A DNA stretch of 64,000 nucleotides, taken from contig OZ024745.1 in assembly GCA_964016885.1 (NCBI GenBank), positions 105,214,001 through 105,278,000 of the forward strand. The letters are read 5' to 3'. This DNA is from Eledone cirrhosa (lineage: Eukaryota). The translations under genes and the position numbers were made by a program. This document shows, piece after piece, positions 13,561 to 23,778 of this stretch. Under the pieces are notes generated by a model. The model was not told the origin of the DNA. It saw nothing but the letters and a program-made list of their open reading frames with translations, and did not search any database. Numbering within the stretch: position 1 is the first letter of the stretch; every line of letters begins with the position of its first letter.

Positions 13561-13755
13561 GATTTTGTATATATATATATATAGTGCCAATCGTATATGT
13601 AATATAGAATATGCTTCAATCAATCCCGGTTGGAGCTGTATAAATGAAGTAATTCCGTCGGAAAAGTCCAGGAAAAAAGAGTGCTCTATGTAGGTAACAG
13701 AGCTTAATAGTTATGTAATAAAAAACATAAGGCAATTATTACATAACTATATATT

Positions 13756-13787
<32 letters not shown>

Positions 13788-13838
13788 TGTATGTATGTAT
13801 GTATGTATGTATGTATGTATGTATGTATGTATGTGTAT

Positions 13839-15126
13839 GTCAGGTCACCAGTTGGTGCTACTGGTAACATGTATCCCAGTACAACCTGTCTCATGGTCGG
13901 ATCGTTGGTGACTAAACTGGCAACCCCACCAAGGTGTCTTGGTGAGGTGGGTGACTTTGGACATCCTGCAGGACTAAAAACAAAACCTATCAAAGGGCAA
14001 AGGAGCTCTTAAGAGTCAATGGCCATCCAAAATCACCGGGAGAGATGACCCCTTAGCCTTTGTCAAGGCAGAATTCTAGGAGAAGGAAAACTCTGATATA
14101 ACACCTGCAACCCTGATAGTATCCAATGATGTTGACTTGTTCTTCTTTTTGGTAAATATCATCTTGGTTAAGAGAGTGGGACTGGCTTTGTGCGGTGCCT
14201 TTGCTCACTATAAAAGCTTCACGGCACAGGCATTGCTTTATATCTGGAGATCTCTCTGCACTTGTCGTCACATGATACCATGGGCCCAGCACTATGTGCC
14301 AATAATTGTCACAAGTATAGTGTTTGTACCAGAGTTTTCAAGTCGCTGGCTGGACTAAAAAGTCACACTCGTTCAGCGCATCGGTAAGGGTTCTCCTACA
14401 TGGATATAAAGTAGTGGCCGTACTCGAAAACGAGTTGGCAGCCACCATGTATGTATGTATGTATGTATGTATGTATGTATGTATGTATGTATGTATGTAT
14501 GTATGTATGTATGTGTATGTCAGGTCACCAGTTGGTGCTACTGGTAACATGTATCCCAGTACAACCTGTCTCATAGTCGGATCGTTGGTGACTAAACTGG
14601 CAACCCCACTAAGGTTTCTTGGTGAGGAGGGTGACTTTGGACATCCTGCAGGAATAAAAACAAAACCTGTCAAAGGGCAAAGGAGCTCTTAAGAGTCAAT
14701 GGCCATCCAAAATCACCGGGAGAGATGACCCCTTAGCCTTTGTCAAGGCAGAATTCTAGGAGAAGGAAAACTCTGATATCACACCTGCAACCCTGATGGT
14801 ATCCAATGATGTTGACTTGTTCTTCTTTTTGGTAACTATCATCTTGGTTAAGAGAGTGGGACTGGCTTTGTGCAGTGCCTTTGCTCACTATAAAAGCTTC
14901 ACGGCACAGGCATTGTTTTATATCTGGAGATCTCTCTGCACTTGTCGTCACATGGTACCATAGGCCCAGCACTATGTGTCAATAATTGTCACAAGTGTAG
15001 TGTTTGTACCAGAGTTTGCAAGTCGCTGGCTGGACTAAAAAGTCACACTCGTTCAGCGCATCGGTAGGGGTTCTCCTACATGGATATAAAGTAGTGACCG
15101 TACTCGAAAACGAGTTGGCAGCCACC
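13839..15126 (+). mobile_element. Two head-to-tail copies (13839-14446, 14519-15126) of a 608-bp non-coding RTE-like element, separated and flanked by (TATG)n
   Basis: 680-bp period direct repeat; contains ctaggagaaggaaaactctga, typical of RTE 5' UTRs; (ATGT)n tail. Confidence 0.7.
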
Positions 15127-15342
15127 ATGTATGTATGTATGTATGTATGTATGTATGTATGTATGTATGTATGTATGTATGTATATATGTATGTATGTAT
15201 GTATGTTGTATGTATGTATGTATGTGTGTATGCGTGTATGTATGCATGCATGTATGTATATAAGCAAACTGAAAATAAGAAATACACTCACACACACACA
15301 CACCCACACACATATATATATATATATAATTGGAAATTTAGT

Positions 15343-15374
<32 letters not shown>

Positions 15375-15377
15375 CCC

Positions 15378-15407
<30 letters not shown>

Positions 15408-15410
<3 letters not shown>

Positions 15411-15834
15411 ATATATAAGATCAAAAGATGGTTAAAAGAGTTCCATGTATTTTATTATGCGCATTTCAAAAACAAATATCATCATGCAATAACATTTGTG
15501 TTTTCATCAGATAAAATAGGAAGACATGATATGAAGGTTAAAAACACTTGTGGATAGTGCAGTTTTAAATCAACATATCATATTGTTGATTTAAAACTGC
15601 ACTATCCACAAGTGTTTTTAACCTTCATATCATGTCTTCCTATTTTATCTGATGAAAACACAAATGTTATTGCATGATGATATTTGTTTTTGAAATGCGC
15701 ATAATAAAATACATGGAACTCTTTTAACCATCTTTTGATCTTATATATTATGTATACTCCAGTCCTACAAACTATAGAGTGCTTCTTATCCGATATCTGC
15801 ACTGCTTTATTGTACTACAATAAAAGTCACCTCC

Positions 15835-15840
<6 letters not shown>
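15408..15840 (+). mobile_element. Fold-back element (arms about 15410-15575 and 15583-15748) with unique tail, in (TA)n
   Basis: Near-perfect 165-bp inverted repeat with a short spacer; hammerhead in each arm. Confidence 0.85.
15641..15711 (+). ncRNA. Type I hammerhead ribozyme (mirror copy on minus strand about 15453-15518)
   Basis: tattttat CTGATGA aaacacaaatgttat..atgatatttgttttt GAAA tgcgca TA ataaaata; 8-bp stem I, palindromic stem III. Confidence 0.8.
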
Positions 15841-15923
<83 letters not shown>

Positions 15924-16386
15924 GTGAAGAAGGATATGGTGAGGTGTTTGTAATGAAATTAGTGTTGGCGTTGATGTTGGTAATTAATTGTATCTTGTGT
16001 TTTATCTATTTTTATTCTTTATTTTTATATATAGCCTCGTTTCTCAGTATGAGGAGAGGGGGCGTTTGATTATGTGCTTTAGTTTCTGGTCAGCAGACAT
16101 CTTGTCTGGATCAAAATTCACTAAGCCATCTTCTTGATACGATAGATTTTGTATGCACTTTCTTTCTTGGGTCTGTCTGATGTATGTTTGTGGTATAAGT
16201 ATTATGTGTGTGCTTTGTGTGTTGATGTGGTGGTCTGCATGTTATGTGGGTCTCGACTGGTATGTTGGTGTTGTGGTTGTAACTATTATATGTAGGCTTT
16301 ATTCTACAAGAAAGTTTTTTTTTAATCATCTCATCACAGAATCCTCTTTCTTATAGGCTCCCATGCATGTCAATCAAACTATAACC

Positions 16387-16468
16387 ACGCCTCTGAAGAG
16401 ATACTTTTGAAATAAGCTGAATCAAATCGAATTCAGTTCTTTATCGACTGTCGAAACAGCAAGAGCGT
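16387..16468 (+). ncRNA. Degenerate hammerhead
   Basis: acgcct CTGAAGA gata...tgtc GAAAC agc a agagcgt; the 3' strand of stem III appears deleted. Confidence 0.4.
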
Positions 16469-16487
16469 AAAAACCGTTGCGAAAATC

Positions 16488-16489
<2 letters not shown>

Positions 16490-16584
<95 letters not shown>

Positions 16585-16764
16585 ATATTATATATATATA
16601 TATATATTATATATATATATATTATATATATATATATATATTATATATATATATATTATATATATATATATATATTATATATATATATATATTATATATA
16701 TATATATTATATATATATATATTATATATATATATTATATATATATATATATATATATTATCTA

Positions 16765-16845
<81 letters not shown>
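16490..16845. repeat. Interrupted (TA)n array
   Basis: Direct reading. Confidence 0.95.
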
Positions 16846-16849
<4 letters not shown>

Positions 16850-17052
16850 GTGAGGGTTTTTTTTAACAAAATGAAAAATAACCGAGGTGTCCTACACGAG
16901 TGAAAGTACAAGGAAAAAATGATGAAATTGAAAATGCAACTGGAGTCTTTTCTTTTTTTAAATATATATTTATTTGGTTCCTTTACCGGTTTCGCAGTAC
17001 TTCTGCTTTTCAAAAATAGAATTGAGATGGAGGGTCTGTGGTTTTTCTCACA
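16846..17052 (-). mobile_element. pLTR-like element with U3-A8 variant hammerhead (16978-17020)
   Basis: Reverse complement: TTGAAAA gcag aagta ctgc GAAAC CG GTA aaggaa; same family as 58786-59064. Confidence 0.6.
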
Positions 17053-17059
17053 TATATAT

Positions 17060-17392
17060 ATTAAAAACATTTTGAAGACCTTACGCTATCATTTTAAACT
17101 AGTGACTATGTCACTTACTTCTTTTCACCGAAAGAAGGCAGAGAAGCTAACAGTCTGTTTCATGCTGTTTCGGCGGAAGAGGGCAGTACGTAGCTCTGAT
17201 GATTGCCAAACAGCATGAAACAGACTGTTAGCTTCTCTGCCTTCTTTCGCCGAAAAGATGTAAGTTGCATAGTCACTACTTTAAAATGATAGCGTAAGGT
17301 CTTCAAAATGTTTTTAATTAAACATACGGTATATTGCCAAATATACTATGCATACATTCATGTATACATCGCTATTCAGAGCACCAATCCTA
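17060..17392 (+). mobile_element. Fold-back element (arms 17060-17170 and 17208-17317) with hammerhead at 17172-17251
   Basis: agct CTGATGA ttgc caaaca gcat GAAA cag a ctg TT agct; extended stem I ggcggaagagggcag/ctgccttctttcgcc. Confidence 0.75.
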
Positions 17393-17408
17393 ATATATAT
17401 ATATATAT

Positions 17409-18704
17409 ATAATAAACAATACAATATAATTACCCCATTACCAGAGGTTTCCTGAATAAGACGAATACAGGAAACGTGCTCATTCGTTCGTCAGACAAGG
17501 CAATTTAAAACATAGTGAAATATTTGAAAAATCTCCTCAAGAAAGGCAAAAGTTTAACGGGCAAAAAAATATATAAATAAAAGTAATGCAGGAGATATAT
17601 AAAAATAAAATAAGGAAATATAAGGGTATGTGTATAAATGTGTGTATATGCACCTACAAATGTACATATGTGTGTATGTACAAATGCATGTGTATAGTGA
17701 AAAAATGTGTGCGTAAGTATATACATGAGGGCAAGCATATCAGTGTATGTATGATCACAAATACGTATATAATATATGTTGAAAAAAGAAATTGTAAGAT
17801 AATAGAGTTAACGTACATACAGACTCAGCGACTAAGGATTGAAATATATACACATACAAGTATGAAAGCACGCGTATAAACACACACACACGCGCAACCA
17901 CATACATCCATGTGATATATACAGGGAAGGGAGTGTATCAGTCAAAGCAGTGTCAGGCTGAAGGTCGATGCATATATAAAAAATATAAAATAAAAAAATA
18001 TATGTGAATAAAAAAATTAAAACAAAATTAAATCAAATATTTTATATTTTTATATATATATATCGACCTTCAGCCTGACACTGCTTTGACTAATACACTC
18101 CCTTCCCTGTATATATCACATGCATGTATGTGGTTGCGCGTGTGTGTGTGTTTATACGCGTGCTTTCATACTTGTATGTGTATATATTTCAATCCTTAGT
18201 CCCTGAGTCTGTATGTACGTTAACTCTATTATCTTACAATTTCTTTTTTCAACATATATTATATACGTATTTGTGGTCACACATGCACTGATATGCTTGC
18301 CCTCATGTATGTACTTACGCACACATTTTTTCACTATACACATGCATTTGTACATACACACATATGTACATTTATAGGTGCATATACACACATTTATACA
18401 CATACCCTTATATTTCCTTATTTTATTTTTATATATCTCCTGCATTACTTTTATTTATATATTTTTTTGCCCGTTAAACTTTTGCCTTTCTTGAGGAGAT
18501 TTTTCAAATATTTCACTATGTTTTAAATTGCCTTGTCTGACGAACGAATGAGGACGTTTCTTGTATTCGTCTTATTCAGGAAACCTCTGGTAATGAGGTA
18601 ATTATATTGTATTGTTTATTATACATAAAATTTAGCTCTGTAACTTACATAGAGCACTCTTCACTCCTATGACTTTTTCAATTTTCAACGGAAACTTCAA
18701 TACT

Positions 18705-18705
<1 letters not shown>
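17409..18705 (+). mobile_element. Large fold-back element (arms about 17409-17992 and 18038-18622) with terminal hammerheads and unique tail
   Basis: About 580-bp inverted repeat with few substitutions; tail homologous to 13643-13745 and 36935-37000. Confidence 0.85.
18526..18603 (+). ncRNA. Type I hammerhead ribozyme (mirror at 17428-17505)
   Basis: aattgccttgt CTGACGA ..gaatgaggacg..cgtcttattc.. GAAA cc tct gg TA atgaggtaatt; 11-bp stem I with G-U pairs. Confidence 0.75.
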
Positions 18706-18756
<51 letters not shown>

Positions 18757-18767
18757 TAGATAGATAG

Positions 18768-18908
18768 ATTCAGGTCCCCGGCAGCTGAGCTCCGGGCGTT
18801 TCGACAGCTAGATCCGGTGTCCTGAATCTTTTCATATTACCCACTCTACTTCCCCAAGTATCGAGTACTCTGCGTTATGGTCGACCTGGTATCTTACCAC
18901 ATCCTCTT

Positions 18909-18912
<4 letters not shown>
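18768..18912 (+). mobile_element. Short fold-back pLTR remnant (family also at 20872 and 45519)
   Basis: Homology to 20872-21071 and 45519-45699; partial hammerhead 3' half on minus strand. Confidence 0.6.
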
Positions 18913-18988
<76 letters not shown>

Positions 18989-19185
18989 TCTTTATTATGG
19001 GGCTAAGTGATGAGTCTTGCTATCTGGAATTTCACCTGTGTACTAAAAGGGTCGTCAGAAATGACTTGTCTAATGCCACTGTAAACATACAGGCGAAATT
19101 CCGTAATAAATAAAGAATATTTAAACTCTACTTTGTTATTGAGTACTCCTCAATATCGCGCATATATATATATATATATATATAC

Positions 19186-19647
<462 letters not shown>

Positions 19648-19819
19648 TATGTGTGTGTGTTTGTGTGAGTATGTGTGTGTGTGTGCGTGTGTGTGTGTGC
19701 ATGTGTGTATGTTTGTTTGAATGTGTGTGTCAGTCTACTAAATAAGTAGAATACAAGTCAGAAAAGAAGCCATGAATTGATATTATTTTCTCTTAATTTA
19801 AGTCTCAAATTTTCTGGCA

Positions 19820-20030
19820 GCATTAACTTGTAGAGAGTCGGACTCCATGCTGTGCAGCATAGAGTTACGGCTCTTTACAGTCTGAGTTCAAATCCCGCCG
19901 AGATTAGATTTTCCATCCATCCATACGAGGTCAATAAAATAAAGTACCAGTAATGCACTGGGGGTCAATTTAATCGACTTTCCTCTCCTCCCAAATTGCT
20001 GGCCTTGTGCCTATGGTAGAAATCATTATT
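19820..20030 (+). mobile_element. tRNA-head SINE (diverged)
   Basis: Family consensus match. Confidence 0.8.
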
Positions 20031-20518
20031 GCAGTTCATCCATCCCTGCTGTCCCCCAGTTTAGGCTGGCATTTTACTCGGGAGTAGTTGTGTGAAATAA
20101 CTTTTCTGCGACACTTTTTACTGGAAATTTTAAAAAGAAATTTTATAAGGAATTTTTAGTTACAGTACATGTGACTTTAAACGGAAATACAATTGCAAGG
20201 TCTAAGAAAGACGCACGATTTGCAAATATGAGCCCTGGTTGGCTAATTAGGGTTACAGAAAAATATCAAGCTATACCACAAGGTAGAGTCCGCCACAAAA
20301 GGGAAATTGAAAGAAGCGATATAGAGAAATTGGAGAGATAAAGCAGCAGGGAAAGGAAAGGCACGAACAAATGAAACCGCAGAGGCAGGTAATTGAAAGT
20401 AAGAGATTGTAATAGCACTTTAAGTAAGAGAAACTAAAATGCTAGACACTGAAACACGGTGGAAGGGACAATGGCGGAGAAGTCGTTGTAATTATGGGAC
20501 ATCTTTTCCGTCACATTG

Positions 20519-20713
20519 TGGATTGGCAGTATCAGTAGAGGGTCGGACACCATGCTTTCCAGCATAGTTACGTCCCTTTATGATCTGAGTTCAAATCCCG
20601 CCGAGGTTGACTTTGCCTTTCATCCTTACGGGGTCGATAAAATAAAGTACCAGGTCGATAAAATAAAATACTGGGTAATTGCTGGCCTTGTGCCTAAAGT
20701 AGAAACAATTATT
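20519..20713 (+). mobile_element. tRNA-head SINE
   Basis: Family consensus match with a short internal duplication. Confidence 0.85.
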
Positions 20714-20778
20714 GATGCCTCTTATCCTTTTATGGATTATGGATATATTTGTAATATACACATATATATGTTATATAC

Positions 20779-20841
<63 letters not shown>

Positions 20842-20871
20842 ATATATATATATAGAGAGAGAACAGAGAAA

Positions 20872-21067
20872 GTGAGGTAAGAAACCAGGTGAACCATAAC
20901 GCACCAGAGTACTCAATACGTAGGGTAGTAGAGTAGGTAGTAGGAAAAGAGTCAGGACCCTGACGGCTGACCTCCCGCCGTTTCGACAGCTAGATTTGAC
21001 TGCTTACTTAGTTAAGATCTAGCTGTCGAAATGACCGGAGCTCAGCCGTCGGGGTCCTGACTCTTTT

Positions 21068-21071
<4 letters not shown>
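20872..21071 (-). mobile_element. Fold-back pLTR remnant (arms about 20941-20995 and 21016-21071) containing the 3' half of a hammerhead
   Basis: Inverted arms with tcGAAA....agccGTCgggg; tail with gagtactcaatac. Confidence 0.65.
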
Positions 21072-21113
<42 letters not shown>

Positions 21114-21210
21114 CGTGTGTGTATGCATAAAAATTAAACAGAAATATGAAAGCAAACGACACAGTACAATGAAGAAATATAATCTAATGCTTGAAATAAC
21201 AGAAAAAGAA

Positions 21211-21246
21211 CCTTAACGTTTCGGACAATAGTCCTTCATCAGAAGA
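21211..21246 (-). ncRNA. Minimal type I hammerhead in a pLTR remnant (about 21115-21410)
   Basis: Reverse complement: tctt CTGATGA a ggac tatt gtcc GAAAC GTT aagg. Confidence 0.75.
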
Positions 21247-21426
21247 TAGGATTAGAAATAAAAGATAAAATAGAAAATAAATAGTGAGAAGTGGAAGGAA
21301 CAAAAAAAAAATTAGAAAGAAATACACATGCGTATTCTATCCCCCCCCACACATATAGGAAAAGTAAATAACAACAACAAGGAGTACAATTACGAAAGGT
21401 GTTAGGTATATAGATAGATAGATATC

Positions 21427-21930
21427 TTTCTTTATTTGCCACAGGGTCGTACACAAAATGGGACATTACAAGACGTGACGGCGGGGGTTTTACATAAAAA
21501 TAACTTTAACATTAATAAATAACATTAAACTATATATAATAAAATAACAATTGAAATCCCCAGTAGAGGGGAACGTTACTGCAGGGTTGTTTTACACCCC
21601 GTGGATAGAACAACCCTCAACACCAGGAACATGTTTTGTAGGTGTTCCTGTCTTCCCTCTGTTTATCTTCCTCAACCTACAGGTTTATATACAGAGAAGG
21701 CCCATTCACTCGGGCCATTTTTGCCACATTCACCCACATTTCAGCGAATTTACTGAGGTGTAGCTCCTCTCTCTCCACTCTCACCTTCCTTCTGAAGTGA
21801 TACTTAAAGAAGGGGATAAGTTGTTGTCCGGAGAGAAAGGTGTTTGCCCTCAGTCCTTTTAACCTCGTCCACCATATTACCTCTTTCGCCATAGCCACCA
21901 GACAGAGGAAAACGCCTCTCCTTCGTTCTT
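21427..21930 (-). mobile_element. 5'-truncated Tx1-like element in (GATA)n
   Basis: Homologous to 36231-36735; (GATA)n at both junctions. Confidence 0.9.
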
Positions 21931-21944
21931 AGATAGATAGATAG

Positions 21945-22130
21945 AAGACTAAGAGAAAGGAGTACTCAATACTGGAGTACAGTTTCCATATTCATTTATA
22001 TTAAAGCTAAAAAGAGAGTCTTGTTACTCTGGAGTTTTGCCTGTTTATCTGTTGACTCTGTGAGAAACAGGCGAAAGAAACTCCAGAGTAACAGGACTTA
22101 AATTTTAGCTTTAATAAAAATGAATATAGA
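21945..22130 (-). mobile_element. Fold-back pLTR remnant (arms about 21988-22047 and 22064-22127) with hammerhead 3' half
   Basis: GAAAC TC ca GA GTA acagg in the arms; tail with gagtactcaatactggagta. Confidence 0.55.
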
Positions 22131-22257
22131 TTTAATAAATGTAATCTGAGTTTTTCGAATATTAATAGTAACATTCGATTCGTTTGCAATTATGTAAACA
22201 AGCCTCAATTTTATAGCCATAGATATATATGCGAATGTGTGAGAGAGAGAAGAGAGA

Positions 22258-22330
<73 letters not shown>

Positions 22331-22406
22331 GGAGGGAAAGTGTGTGTGTGTTCGCGTGTGTGCGTATGTTTTTTATCCTTCTTTACCTATAAATCTCTAA
22401 AGTCTC

Positions 22407-22858
22407 TGTAGCGCTCTCTAGACAAGGGAAGTAGCTAGAATTACTTCCCGTTGAAATTCTAGAACCTTCCTTTAAACTTCCGTTCAAGGGATTATAAAAG
22501 AGGAAACTGAAACCCATCTTCCTCTTTTTGGCGGCTTTTCTCAAACTGATCACATCGAGCGCAAGGATGCTAACCCTTTTCCAACCACATCTCATGGTTC
22601 AGGATTGTACCTCGTTATGCCACGAGGCACATTTGTTTACCACGTTTGTAACATGGACTACAATAAATGCAAGTTATTTTTGATACTCGTTTTGAGAAAT
22701 TCGTTACGCTTTCAGTCATTACTTCCTGTAGTGAGAGATAAATCTTACACGGCATGATATTGTATGAAAATTCTCTTATCTCATATTTCTATTAAGTTTA
22801 GTAGTTGGGATCCGGTGGTACTTACTGGAGTAAGTAACCCTGGGACCAGCTCACTAAA
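22407..22858 (+). repeat. 5' LTR
   Basis: Direct repeat of 27215-27665, about 4% diverged by eye. Confidence 0.95.
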
Positions 22859-23328
22859 AATGGTGACCTCCGAATACGCAGCAAAACAAATTCACTCATT
22901 AAACAGCGTATAAAAGTAGTGACAAATATTTTCATACACTATTACAACTTATTGCTACACAAATATTGCTAAACAACTCCACTAAAATGGTAAACCCAAC
23001 AACTACACAGAGAAAAAAAATTATTCACGATTCCAGGAAATTCGTTTTATTTCAGTCAGTTCGTGTGGGGCGAACAAAAGAATAGAAAACAACATTTTTG
23101 TCCCTCGTATCGTCGATTCAACCAAGCTTTCGTTTTGAAGTCGCCAACTTACTTGCTCGGTGCTACATCTTGCTTCAGCTATTCATGGTACCACCACGTG
23201 TGCCTATAATTTTGAAAATACAGCTAATTTTTTCCTTTCAAATGTGTCGCCGTTGGCGGGTTCATGAAAGTTAAACCACGTGTGCGGCAGTTGGAAAAAA
23301 ATTTCGCTCAGCGGCTACTGTGTTCATC

Positions 23329-23778
23329 ATGAGCAATTCTTCGTTACCGACATATTCTGGTGATGCAAAGTTGTGGTTTGCACAACTGGACTCGTATTTT
23401 GCTGCCCACGGCGTTCAAGCGGCACAACAAAGATTTCACGTGCTCATAAGTGGAATTCCTGCATCGCTCGCAACCTCGGTGAAAGACATAATCACAGATC
23501 CTCCACAAGGGACATCTTACGAAACCCTAAAGGCAGAAGTGCTCAGACGGAACAGCCGTTCGTCTGAGAGCAAATTTCGTTCCTTGTTGGAGGAGGAAAA
23601 CCTGGGAGATAGAACCCCGTCTCAGTTTTTTCGGCGCATCCGGGAACTGAGCGACTCAACAGCAGAGGACAACTCTTTCGTGAAACAATTATTCTTCTCC
23701 CGTTTGCCAACAAATGTGCAGACCATATTGGCGAAACATTGTATTCAGCCCTGCTCTTTCGAGACCTCGGAAAACTAA
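23329..23778 (+). pseudogene. gag: Gypsy gag, internally deleted
   Basis: LPTYSGDAKLWFAQLDSYF..LGDRTPSQF..RLPTNVQTILA fused directly to KHCIQPCSF. Confidence 0.8.

Noticed and set aside
17505-18526. Pair of duplicated 77-aa and 97-aa ORFs
   Set aside because: Low-complexity mirror images produced by the inverted repeat; no domain features
15408-18622. Palindromes as pure sequencing or amplification chimeras
   Set aside because: Arms differ by substitutions and indels, belong to recurring families and share a ribozyme plus tail architecture; not fully excluded without reads
18986-19160. Intact hammerhead in a small decayed fold-back
   Set aside because: CTGACGA and GAAA are present on the minus strand but the stems are poor; kept only as a carrier of the tail motif
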